Shown: positions 18,585 to 27,516 of the stretch, in pieces
Numbering within the stretch: the stretch's first letter is position 1
How the letters are laid out: each line of letters begins with the position of its first letter
NCBI GenBank assembly: GCA_045802645.1
Contig: JBJMQQ010000131.1
Coordinates: 2,050-66,049, forward strand
Source: Polyangia bacterium
GTDB lineage: Bacteria > Myxococcota_A > Polyangia > Fen-1088
Length of the DNA stretch: 64,000 nucleotides
Direction: 5' to 3'
Made by a program: the position numbers and the translations under genes
Notes under the pieces: model-generated
What the model saw: the letters and a program-made list of their open reading frames with translations, nothing else
The model's database searches: none
Told to the model about the DNA's origin: nothing

Positions 18585-19568
18585 CTACGGCGAGACGGTG
18601 AAGCCGCCCACCAGCAGCTTATGGGACGCGTCGCAGCCCCCTATCGGCAAACCGTTGATGATTCCCGTCGCTGTTCCCACCCCGTCCTGCCAATGCAGAT
18701 ACTGGGCAAGGCTGATCGACACGTCCCCAACTTGCCGGGTCTCGCCTTGGCGGATGTCGGCTGTCTCCGTCCCGTGCGCAACGTGCAAGGCATGAGGGAC
18801 ATAACCACATCCGACGACTGAGCACACCGGACCGTCGTCGCCGAGAGTGATTCCGAAGGTCTGAAAGTTGTTGAAGCCGGTCTGCCAGCCCGAATACGAG
18901 AACGCGATCAACTTGCCATCCCTCGCGAGCGTAATCGCCTGCTCGTTTCCTTGAAAAAACGCCGTCTGTGCGGTGATTGCCAGGTCGAGGGTGTCGCCGA
19001 CGCGGATCGTGTCGGCAGGCAAGTTGGGGATTTGCAGATAGATCGTCCAGCGTGTCTGGTCGGCCGATTCAAGGACCAGCTTGGTCGAGGGCGTACTCGA
19101 CTTCGGGAGAAACGGGAAAAAGAAGAACGGGCAGTTTCCGCTGGAAAAGGAATCGGCGCTCACCACCGTGACGGCTGCGCTGACCGACGTCAGGACAGGT
19201 TGCGCCGCCGCGTCGTAGGCGCAGCTTTCGATCGTCACCGGGCTCGCGGCGCCCCCGCCGCCCCCCGCGCCGCCCTGTACGCACACCGGCAATCCGCCGG
19301 CCGCACCGCCTACCCCGCCGATCCCACCGCTCCCCGCGACACCGCCGGTGCCGCTGTGCCCGGCCGGATCGTTGACGCCGAAACCAGCGCCGCCACCCAC
19401 ACCGCCTGGACCACCGGCGACAGCTCCGGCTTGCCCGCCCGAGCCGGTCTGGCCGGCGATCGCGCCGCCGCTGCTTCCACCGGAGCCGGAAGTTTGCGGG
19501 AGGTTGCTCGAGCAGCCGACTGACAACACCACCTGCGACAACAAGATGACGACGTGAAGGCGTGGCAT
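18585..19568 (-). CDS. lipoprotein with Gly-rich tether and unknown C-terminal domain
   Basis: ATG at 19568 gives MPRLHVVILLSQVVLSVGC (lipobox). About 80 aa of Gly-rich tether are followed by a 220-aa domain with no motif I recognise. Confidence 0.6.
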   Translation of the reverse strand: MPRLHVVILLSQVVLSVGCSSNLPQTSGSGGSSGGAIAGQTGSGGQAGAVAGGPGGVGGGAGFGVNDPAGHSGTGGVAGSGGIGGVGGAAGGLPVCVQGGAGGGGGAASPVTIESCAYDAAAQPVLTSVSAAVTVVSADSFSSGNCPFFFFPFLPKSSTPSTKLVLESADQTRWTIYLQIPNLPADTIRVGDTLDLAITAQTAFFQGNEQAITLARDGKLIAFSYSGWQTGFNNFQTFGITLGDDGPVCSVVGCGYVPHALHVAHGTETADIRQGETRQVGDVSISLAQYLHWQDGVGTATGIINGLPIGGCDASHKLLVGGFTVSP

Positions 19569-19695
19569 TCGCCTCGGTGAAAGCAACGCGCGTGCCGCCG
19601 CGAGTCGTGGATTTCTCGCGGTGTTCGCTCGCCCGCACACGCGCTGCTCGGGGACGACCGCGACGCGAATGTCGCACGCCGTTCGCCGGCCGCGC

Positions 19696-20847
19696 TCAGC
19701 TCGTGAAGTCGCTCTGCAGCGACAGCGCGTGCGCGATGGCCGGCGCGATGCTTTCGGCCGGCAGGCCACGCCAGAAGACGTGCCAGTTCGGGAACCGGCA
19801 CAACCCGTCACAGTTCTTGGTGTACCAGGCCGTGATCGGGTTGTCGGGGCGCGATCGCCAGTAGAACTGGGGAAAGTCCCGGCTCACCAGCGACCAGATC
19901 TCGCCGCCCAGCCCTTCACCCTGGGCGGCTCGCTCGACGGCGAACTTCGTCAGGTAGGGGGCGACCGCCGTCGGCTCCATGACCGCGGCCCCCCGGTAGC
20001 CCTCTTCGATGAACGTCCGCACGACCGTCCGATCGAAGAAGTCGTCCCGGATCGTGCGGCCGAAGGCCGACGTGAAGAGGGCCCGCAGGCGCGCGCCGTC
20101 GGTGTCCGTCCAGCCGTCGTGCACGGCGATGCGCGAGCCACGCCGGATCAGCGTGCCCGCGCCGTTGACCGTGAAGAGCTCGCGCAGGAGCTGCAACGGA
20201 TTGACGACGGTGACGCTCATCTTCTGGTGAACCTGCTCGAGGAGGCGCTTCACCTGCCGCAGCAACATCGCCTGCCCGCGCGACAGCGCCCCCGGCGCCA
20301 GCAGCCGGTCCACGTCGGTCGCCAGGCTGACGACGGAGGGCGGCTTGCCGGGGCCGGCGACGAGCCCGGGGCGGCGGCTGAGGAACACCAGCTTGCGCGT
20401 CTCCAGCGTGTCAGTCAGCGTCGCCAGCAACCGGAACCGTGCGTCGACGGACTGCGCCGCCGCCGCCTCCAGCGAGACCAGCGGAATGGCGCCCCGCCCG
20501 ATGGCGGCGCGGATGGCGTCGACGGTGCCGGCCGTCATCTCGGGGTCGGCGTGAACGATCTCGCAGGAGACGGCGTCCTCGATCAACCAGTCGGCCACGC
20601 GCTGGGCCTGGGCGTCGGCGTCCTTCGGCTCCAGTAACCCGAGCAGAACGACCGGGATCAGCCCCAGGTCCGCCAGGATCCGCAGATCGAAGTGCACCGG
20701 ATCCAGCGCGCTCTTCACGATCTGCGCGCCCGCGACCAGCACCGCGAAGCTCTCTTTGCGCTGCGCGCGGAACAGCTTCAGGTAAAGGTCGATGTCGGCC
20801 TTGCTGCCGACACTCTCCAGGAACCGCTGGATGATCTCGGCTTCCAT
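19696..20847 (-). CDS. N-acetylglutamate synthase of the vertebrate-like type (AAK-like domain + DUF619/NAT domain)
   Basis: ATG at 20847 (MEAEIIQRFLESVGSKADIDLYLKLFR...). The C-terminal half PYLTKFAVERAAQGEGLGGEIW...FYWRSRPDNPI..WY...G...WHVFWRG matches the recalled DUF619 acetyltransferase domain. It overlaps the stop of the upstream M20 gene by 1 nt (TGATG). Confidence 0.65.
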   Translation of the reverse strand: MEAEIIQRFLESVGSKADIDLYLKLFRAQRKESFAVLVAGAQIVKSALDPVHFDLRILADLGLIPVVLLGLLEPKDADAQAQRVADWLIEDAVSCEIVHADPEMTAGTVDAIRAAIGRGAIPLVSLEAAAAQSVDARFRLLATLTDTLETRKLVFLSRRPGLVAGPGKPPSVVSLATDVDRLLAPGALSRGQAMLLRQVKRLLEQVHQKMSVTVVNPLQLLRELFTVNGAGTLIRRGSRIAVHDGWTDTDGARLRALFTSAFGRTIRDDFFDRTVVRTFIEEGYRGAAVMEPTAVAPYLTKFAVERAAQGEGLGGEIWSLVSRDFPQFYWRSRPDNPITAWYTKNCDGLCRFPNWHVFWRGLPAESIAPAIAHALSLQSDFTS

Positions 20848-21920
20848 CAGCCAAAAATCGACGCAAACACCGCAGACGCGCGTTCCAGATCCCCGATCGT
20901 CACGAACTCGTCGGCGCCGTGGGCCTGCGCGATGTCGCCGGGGCCGAACACGACGGCGTCGATGCCGCGCTCCGAGACGCGCGCCGCCTCGGTCCAGAAG
21001 CCCAGGTCCACCGGCGCCTTGACGGCTTCGCCCAGCAGCGGACCGAAGGCGGCCAGCTCCCGCGTCGCGAACGCCGGGTTCGTGGCGGCGACCGCCCACT
21101 CGATCGCGTGCGGGGCGGTGGCTGCGCGCACGCGCCGCTCGGCCTCGGCGAACAGAGCGCCCACGTCGGCGCCCGGCGCCGGCCGAAACGAGAACGAGAG
21201 CGTCCCCCGCGTCGGCACGACGTTGAAGGCGATGCCCCCCTCCAGCGAGGCGACGTTCAGATTGATCCCCTTGAACCCGGCCGGTCCCTGGTCGCGGTGC
21301 GCGGCCCCCATGTCGTCCAGCGCGACCGCCCCGCGCGCCAGCACGGCCAGCGGGTTCACCAGCGTGTCCGCCAGCGACGAGTGACCGCCGACGGCCGTCA
21401 GCGTGGCCGTGGCCGCCGCGATGCCGCGGTGGCGGACGCCGACGCGGCAGCGGGTCGGCTCGCACACGATCGCCTGCGCGAGACCCTGGCAAAGCTCGCT
21501 TTCCAGAAAGTCGCGGATGCAGGTGCCGCCATGCTCCTCGTCGCCCGAAAACAGGATCCCGACCGACCGCTTCAGCGGCCCGGCGGCCAGCGCCTCGAGC
21601 ACGGCGGCGATCGCCCCCTTCGTGTCGGCGGCGCCCAGGCCGTACAGCCGGTCTTCGCGGCGAACCAGCAGGTGCGGCGGCGACGTGTAGCCGGTGTTGG
21701 CGGGGACGGTGTCCAGGTGGACGTTGATCAGCAGCCGCGGCAGCTCCTGTCCGAAGCGGGCGTACACGTAGGCGTGGTCGCCCACATCCACCTGGTCGAC
21801 CGTGCGTGCCCCCAGCGTCTTCAGCTCGGACGCGAGCCGCAGCGTCAGCGGGCGCTCCTCCCCGTCCGGGTTCTGGGTGTCGAAAGACACCAGCTCCGCG
21901 AGCCTTTCTGCGAGCGCCAT
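20847..21920 (-). CDS. argE: M20-family deacylase, acetylornithine deacetylase-like
   Basis: 357 aa. M20 strings LINVHLDTVP, GLGAADTKGAIAA, FSGDEEHGG. It is translationally coupled to the NAGS-like gene. Confidence 0.6.
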   Translation of the reverse strand: MALAERLAELVSFDTQNPDGEERPLTLRLASELKTLGARTVDQVDVGDHAYVYARFGQELPRLLINVHLDTVPANTGYTSPPHLLVRREDRLYGLGAADTKGAIAAVLEALAAGPLKRSVGILFSGDEEHGGTCIRDFLESELCQGLAQAIVCEPTRCRVGVRHRGIAAATATLTAVGGHSSLADTLVNPLAVLARGAVALDDMGAAHRDQGPAGFKGINLNVASLEGGIAFNVVPTRGTLSFSFRPAPGADVGALFAEAERRVRAATAPHAIEWAVAATNPAFATRELAAFGPLLGEAVKAPVDLGFWTEAARVSERGIDAVVFGPGDIAQAHGADEFVTIGDLERASAVFASIFG

Positions 21921-21949
21921 GGCTGGGGGTTATACAATGGCCGGCGTCC

Positions 21950-24493
21950 GTGTTGAGCTTCGCCGTCCTGGCCGTGCTCGCGCCGGCGCTCGCGTGGGTC
22001 GTGCCGCCCGAGCCGCCGCCGTCGCCCGCCGTCACATTGCCGCAGATCAAAGCCACGCGCGCGGTGAAGCCGCCCAAGATCGACGGGCACCTGGACGACC
22101 CGGCCTGGCCCGCCGCGCCCGTGTCCGAGTCGTTCACGCAGCACTACCCCGACGAGGGGGCGCCGCCGACGGAGCGGACGTTCGTGCGGGTCCTGTACGA
22201 CGACCGCAACCTCTATGTCGCGATCGACTGCTGGCAGACGCATTCGCCCATCGTCCGGCGGCTGCAGCGGCGCGACGGGTTCTTGCCGTCGGACGGCGTC
22301 TGGATCGACATCGACAGCCGCAATGACGGCGTCAGCGCGTACCACTTCTCGATCAACGCCGCCGGCGCCCTGCTGGACGGGATCCACTACAACGACACCG
22401 ACTTTTCGGCCGACTGGGACGCCATCTGGGAGGCCAAGGTCGCCGATACGGGCCACGGCTACAGCGCCGAGTTCCGCATTCCGCTGGCGTCGCTGCGGTT
22501 CAGCGCGCGGCCGGTGCAGTCGTGGGGGTTCCAGGTACGACGCGCGATCGACGCGCGCCAGGAGACGGACGACTGGGCGTTCTTCCCCCGCCACAGCGCC
22601 GGCGTGGTGCACTACTACGGCCGCCTGAACGGCTTGACCGACCTGCCGCCGCCCCGCCTGTTCGAGGCCACGCCTTTCGCGCTGGGCAAGGTGGAACACC
22701 GGGCGGCCGGGGCCCAGAACGTGCTGTCTCACGGCTGGTTCGCGGGCGGCTCGGCGGGCCTGGACGCGCTGGCGCACCTGACGAACGAGCTGACGCTGGA
22801 CCTGACGGTCAACCCGGACTTCGGGCAGGTCGAGGCCGACACCGTCATCTTGAACCTCTCGACGTTCGAGACGTTCTTCCCGGAAAAGCGCCGGTTCTTC
22901 CTGGAGGGACTCGATGTCTTCGCGACGCTGCGGCCGGTCTTCTACACGCGCCGGATCGGCCGGCAGCCCGCGCCGCCGACGCTGTCGACCGGGGAGGCGC
23001 TGGTCGCGCTGCCGGATCCGACGCGCATCTGGAGTGCGGTGAAGATGTCGGGCACCCTCGGCGGGCGGACGACGGTCGGCGCGCTGTCGGCGCTGACCGG
23101 CGAGAACGACGTCGACGTGCAGGGCCCCGACGGCACGCGGCGGGCGCGGCTGACGGAGCCGATCACGACGTACAACGTGCTGCGACTCAAGCGGCTGGTC
23201 GCGGCCAACGCCGACGTCGGCCTGCTGGCCACGGCCACCAACCGCTTCGATCCGTCGGTGCCGGCGGGCGCGGGATGCCCGGCGACGCTGGCCACCCCGA
23301 CGGGCGGCCGCTGCACGAACGACGCCTACGTGTTGAGCCTGGACGGACGCTGGCGCTCGAAATCGGGCGACTACGCGCTGGCGTGGCAGACGATCGGCAG
23401 CGTGCTGTCGGGCGGCGCCCCGCGCGCCGAACCGGACGGAATCCCGATCCAGCCTGGCCAGCCCGCCGCCGGCGCGTCCGCGTACGTCGCGAAAGAGGGC
23501 GGCCCCCACTGGCTCTGGAGCGTCTGGCAGCACGTGACAGGGCGGCAGCTCGAGTTCAACGACCTCGGCTACCTGGAACGCAAGAACGACGTGAACGGCT
23601 CGTACACGCTCAGCTATCGGACGCTGCGCCCCTGGTGGCGCACGGTCGAGACGCGCACGAACGTGCAGGTGAATCTGCGGCAGACGCTGGACGGGTTGAA
23701 CCTGTGGCGCGAGGTGATTGCCAACACGAGCTTCACGCTTCCGAGCTTCTGGAGCGTGACGTTCGAGCTCCACGGGCGCGGCGACTACTACGATGATCGC
23801 GAGATGGGCGACGGCTCGGCGCTGCAGCGGCCCGGCAACGTGGGCGCCCTGCTGAGCGTCGGGACGGATCCACGCAAGCGCGTGATCGGCTGGTTGAGCG
23901 GCGTCGTCGATCGGCGGCGCGGTGGGTACCACCTGGATCTGCACGGCCAGCTCACCTTGCGCCTCTTGCCACAGCTGCAGATCGATCTGGTCCCGACGGT
24001 CGGCTACGACAGCGGCGCCCCACGCTACGTCGGGACGGACGTGACGCCGGTGCTGATCGGGGACGTGGCCGACTACCGGTTCGGTGTCCAGACGGCGGTC
24101 AGCGCGGGCGCGACCGTCCGGGCGGCGTACACCTTCACGCCCCAGCTCTCGCTGCAGTTCTACACACAGCTCTTCTTCGCGAAGGTGAACTACGGCGACT
24201 TCTTCGTGTACCCCAAGCAGACCTTCCGCGAGCGGGTCGACCTGGCCGCGCTAATCCCGGCTGGCGCGCCGGCGGCGAGTCCCGACAGCCAGCAGGCGAC
24301 GCTGAACGTCAACTTGGTGCTGAGGTGGGAGTACCGGCTCGGCTCGACTCTGTTCCTGGTCTACACGCGCGCACAGACGCCGGCGCTGGCGGTGCCGCCC
24401 GGCGGCACGGGACAGCTGGAGCTGGCGCCGATCTGGCGCGGCCGGGCGTCCGACGACGTTCTCATGGCCAAGCTCGCCTATTGGCTGGGCTGA
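21950..24493 (+). CDS. CBM9/DOMON-like plus DUF5916-type large outer-membrane-associated protein
   Basis: GTG at 21950 gives VLSFAVLAVLAPALA (signal). KIDGHLDDPAWPAAPVSESFTQHYPDEG...VLYDDRNLYVAIDC is the carbohydrate-binding family 9-like N-terminus. The long beta-rich remainder ends in ...LMAKLAYWLG. Confidence 0.65.
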   Translation: MLSFAVLAVLAPALAWVVPPEPPPSPAVTLPQIKATRAVKPPKIDGHLDDPAWPAAPVSESFTQHYPDEGAPPTERTFVRVLYDDRNLYVAIDCWQTHSPIVRRLQRRDGFLPSDGVWIDIDSRNDGVSAYHFSINAAGALLDGIHYNDTDFSADWDAIWEAKVADTGHGYSAEFRIPLASLRFSARPVQSWGFQVRRAIDARQETDDWAFFPRHSAGVVHYYGRLNGLTDLPPPRLFEATPFALGKVEHRAAGAQNVLSHGWFAGGSAGLDALAHLTNELTLDLTVNPDFGQVEADTVILNLSTFETFFPEKRRFFLEGLDVFATLRPVFYTRRIGRQPAPPTLSTGEALVALPDPTRIWSAVKMSGTLGGRTTVGALSALTGENDVDVQGPDGTRRARLTEPITTYNVLRLKRLVAANADVGLLATATNRFDPSVPAGAGCPATLATPTGGRCTNDAYVLSLDGRWRSKSGDYALAWQTIGSVLSGGAPRAEPDGIPIQPGQPAAGASAYVAKEGGPHWLWSVWQHVTGRQLEFNDLGYLERKNDVNGSYTLSYRTLRPWWRTVETRTNVQVNLRQTLDGLNLWREVIANTSFTLPSFWSVTFELHGRGDYYDDREMGDGSALQRPGNVGALLSVGTDPRKRVIGWLSGVVDRRRGGYHLDLHGQLTLRLLPQLQIDLVPTVGYDSGAPRYVGTDVTPVLIGDVADYRFGVQTAVSAGATVRAAYTFTPQLSLQFYTQLFFAKVNYGDFFVYPKQTFRERVDLAALIPAGAPAASPDSQQATLNVNLVLRWEYRLGSTLFLVYTRAQTPALAVPPGGTGQLELAPIWRGRASDDVLMAKLAYWLG

Positions 24494-24502
24494 CGCATCT
24501 GA

Positions 24503-24598
<96 letters not shown>

Positions 24599-24761
24599 GA
24601 AGACGGGACGTCTCTGCACGAGTGTCACAGCGTAAACGCCCCACGAACGCCCGGCGGTGGGCGCGCCGCCGCGGGATTGGGCCTCCGTGACATTGGCATC
24701 GCGGGTGCAATCTCTGTGGACGTCGGCACAAAGAAGCCGACACCAACCCGGAGGAGAGACA

Positions 24762-24992
24762 ATGATTCGCAATACACTGTTTGGGATTTCGGTTCTGGCT
24801 CTGTCGGCTGGCTCGGCGTTCGCGGCGCCGGTGAAGCACCCGGTCGCGAAGACCCCGGTCGTCGCGCAGGCCGACACGGCGGCCCCCGCTGGCGACGCCG
24901 CCAAGCCCGCCAAGAAGACCAAGAAGAGCAGCAAGAAGGCGAAAGGCGACGCCACCAAGACCGAGGGCGCCAAGGAGATGAACGCGAAGTAA
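24762..24992 (+). CDS. small secreted lysine-rich protein (76 aa)
   Basis: The RBS ggaggagag lies just upstream of the ATG at 24762. Signal peptide MIRNTLFGISVLALSAGSAFA-AP. The disordered tail is AKPAKKTKKSSKKAKGDATKTEGAKEMNAK. Confidence 0.55.
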   Translation: MIRNTLFGISVLALSAGSAFAAPVKHPVAKTPVVAQADTAAPAGDAAKPAKKTKKSSKKAKGDATKTEGAKEMNAK

Positions 24993-24999
24993 TTCGCCT

Positions 25000-26058
25000 T
25001 CAGGTATCCGAAGAAACAGTGGCCGGCGCACGAGCAGCGCCGGCCACACGGCGATCACGGCGCTCGCGCCAGACCCGCCAGCCTTTGACGCCCACCACGG
25101 CCAGAGCGAGCGCCCACGCGATCCAGATCAGCGCGGACCAATAAAGAAACGTGACGTGGCGCGAGCTCAGCGGCGTCACCGCCGTCGGCAGGTTGTGCGC
25201 GCGGTAGAGGGAAACGCCGTCGTTCATCACGGCCACCGTCGCGTGGACCAGGACCCCGGCGTAGATGCTGCGCGTGTACATCGCCAGCGATCCCAGCACG
25301 ACTCCGGCGACCATGGCGCCGCAGGCTTCCAGGTACGGTTTGCCGAAGTGGATCATGCAGTAGGGGACCACCATCGACCAGATGGCCCCGGCGCCGAACC
25401 CGCGCATGGCGCGCAGCCAGAACCCGCGGAAGAAGATCTCCAGCGCGAAGAACTGGCCCAGGTAGACGAGCTCCCACAGGGCAAAATCGGCCCAGGATCG
25501 TCCCGCCAGCTTGTACATCGGGTAGTACGCGATGAAGTCGGGCTGCCGGCTCACGAGCAGGATCACGGGCACCATCACCGCCACGCAGAAGGCGTAGATC
25601 CAGGCGTGCTCGCGGAAGCCGCGCGCGCGCAGGCCAAAGTCCGCCAGGTGGTCCTGGCGGAAGAAGGCCCGCCACAGCAGAACGGGGATCAGGTAGCCGC
25701 CGATGCGCGTCACGCCCCACCAGAGACGGAGCCCCATCTCGTCATAGACCGAGAACAGCTGGCGGGCGCGCGGGTGTCCGACCGCCCAGCGGTCCAGCGC
25801 CGGGCGGACCGTGTCCTGGAAGAAGTCGCCGCGACCGTAGTACTCCTGCCAGATGAGCACCAGAGCGGCCATGGTCAGCGCGACCAGCGGCCGGTAATCG
25901 ACCTCCCCGCGGTCGGCCAGCTCGCGGCGCCAGGCCAGCGCCTCGGCGTCCAGCTGGCGCCAGGTTCCGCGGAAAACACGCCAGATCACCGGCGCGATGA
26001 GCACCAGCAGCGGAAGGGGGATCGCCCACTTCACGGCGGGCAGCTCGAGCCATCGCAT
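25000..26058 (-). CDS. CPBP-family intramembrane glutamic endopeptidase (CAAX protease-like)
   Basis: ATG at 26058 (MRWLELPAVKW...). Multi-pass membrane protein. Motif 1 ELVYLGQFFALEIFFRGF and motif HATVAVMND fit the CPBP EExxxR / HxxxN(D) signatures. Confidence 0.7.
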   Translation of the reverse strand: MRWLELPAVKWAIPLPLLVLIAPVIWRVFRGTWRQLDAEALAWRRELADRGEVDYRPLVALTMAALVLIWQEYYGRGDFFQDTVRPALDRWAVGHPRARQLFSVYDEMGLRLWWGVTRIGGYLIPVLLWRAFFRQDHLADFGLRARGFREHAWIYAFCVAVMVPVILLVSRQPDFIAYYPMYKLAGRSWADFALWELVYLGQFFALEIFFRGFWLRAMRGFGAGAIWSMVVPYCMIHFGKPYLEACGAMVAGVVLGSLAMYTRSIYAGVLVHATVAVMNDGVSLYRAHNLPTAVTPLSSRHVTFLYWSALIWIAWALALAVVGVKGWRVWRERRDRRVAGAARAPATVSSDT

Positions 26059-26093
26059 GTTACGGAAGCGCGAAACAATAATATATTCGCCGC

Positions 26094-27512
26094 GTGAGCG
26101 CTGACGACGAGGATGGCGGCAATGAAAAACCCGCCGGGGAGAAGCCAACCCGGCTCGGTAAGTTCATCCAGACTTACCACACGTTTCTCTCGACGTTCGT
26201 CATCGGCGTGGCGGGGTTGGTGGCGACGTCGATCTGGCAGTACCGGCAGTCACAGATTGCCGCCCAGCAGGCCCGGTCCGAGCAGGCCATCGCCCAGACC
26301 AAGGCGGAGAACGACTGGCGCATCGCCCGCGCCGAGATCCTGTCGAAGAACTTGAACGTCCTGTCCGGGCAGGGGCCCGGCAACGTCGATCAGAAGTTCG
26401 GGGTGCTGCTGTCGCTGACGCGCGGGGCGATCATCGATCCCGAGCTGGCCGTCTCCTACGCGATGGAGCTGGGCAAGGACAACCCGACCTACATGCGGAC
26501 CGTTCTGGAGGCGACTTCGCAAAAGAACTACGAGCAGCTCTCGCAGGGATTCAAGCTGACGTGCCAGCAGCGCTATGGCGTGCAGAAGGCGACCGACGTG
26601 TGCAAGGACGACGCGCTGGCCGAGCGCTCGGACGCCATCGCGCAGGTCGTCCAGGACGAGATGGAAGCGACGGCCTCGGTCCACGCGCCCGCGAACGTCG
26701 GTCCGCTGGTCGTGCTGAGGGAGGAGCGAGACGTCCAGGCTCACCCCGCGAAGATGTCGTGGCTGTTCGAGCCGTATCTGCAGGACCTCTACGAGCGCCG
26801 GCAGTGGCAGGACATCTCGAAGTTCGAGAGCTTCTCGCAAGGGGCGCGGCTGGTGGCGGCGCTGGTGCTGGCGACGGCGCGCACGGGCGAGCTGGTCAGC
26901 TCGACGGAAGCCACCCAGCTGGACAAGTTCCACGGCGACCACCGCCACTGGCTGGCGTCGTACTTGCTGGGGGCGTCCTGCGAGTCGGAGTGTCGCGGCA
27001 AGCTGGCCGATACGATGCTCAGCTCTTATGGGCAAGCCAACGGTGACTACGACGAGGCGTTCAGGCGCCTGCTGCTGGAGTCCCGCACCGAGGCGGCGCC
27101 CGCCTACGCGCACCTGCACGCGCGGCTGCTCTGGTGCCAGCTGGACGACGACGACGTGGCGCGCTTTCGTGACGGCGTGATCGTGCCGGGACTGGAAGCG
27201 GCGATGGGGAACCCAAAGTCACCGCCTGGGATCCTCGAGGATCTGGTCGGGTTGCTGGCGCTGGTCCCCGATCCGGTGAGCACCGACGCGACCGCCACCG
27301 CGGCCTGGAAGAAGATGCAGGCGGACCTGGCGAAGGCGCCGGAGCACCTGCAGCGCACGTTCAATACGCGACGCGCGGCCTCGCTGCGCGAGCGGCAAGC
27401 GCCGCCGCCGGTCATCCGCAAGGTCGACTTCTGCAACATGCCGAATGTGACCTCGACGAACGACGGGCCGCCGGGACGCTCGACCAACACCCACCTGCCA
27501 CCGTCGCAGTGA
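26094..27512 (+). CDS. hypothetical N-terminally membrane-anchored protein (472 aa)
   Basis: Acidic N-terminus, then a TM helix FLSTFVIGVAGLVATSIW, a coiled-coil-like QSQIAAQQARSEQAIAQTKAEND, and a large domain with no recognisable motif. It is divergent from the CPBP gene. Confidence 0.55.
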   Translation: MSADDEDGGNEKPAGEKPTRLGKFIQTYHTFLSTFVIGVAGLVATSIWQYRQSQIAAQQARSEQAIAQTKAENDWRIARAEILSKNLNVLSGQGPGNVDQKFGVLLSLTRGAIIDPELAVSYAMELGKDNPTYMRTVLEATSQKNYEQLSQGFKLTCQQRYGVQKATDVCKDDALAERSDAIAQVVQDEMEATASVHAPANVGPLVVLREERDVQAHPAKMSWLFEPYLQDLYERRQWQDISKFESFSQGARLVAALVLATARTGELVSSTEATQLDKFHGDHRHWLASYLLGASCESECRGKLADTMLSSYGQANGDYDEAFRRLLLESRTEAAPAYAHLHARLLWCQLDDDDVARFRDGVIVPGLEAAMGNPKSPPGILEDLVGLLALVPDPVSTDATATAAWKKMQADLAKAPEHLQRTFNTRRAASLRERQAPPPVIRKVDFCNMPNVTSTNDGPPGRSTNTHLPPSQ

Positions 27513-27516
27513 GCCG

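Noticed and set aside
19696-22137. 813-aa run-on ORF fusing the NAGS-like gene with out-of-frame sequence over the argE-like gene
   Set aside because: The N-terminal 430 aa are Arg/Gly-rich nonsense overlapping the well-supported M20 frame. The true start is the ATG at 20847.
21845-23944. 699-aa minus-strand ORF antisense to the CBM9/DUF5916 gene
   Set aside because: Low-complexity Arg/Pro/Gln translation. The plus-strand frame has a signal peptide and family motifs.
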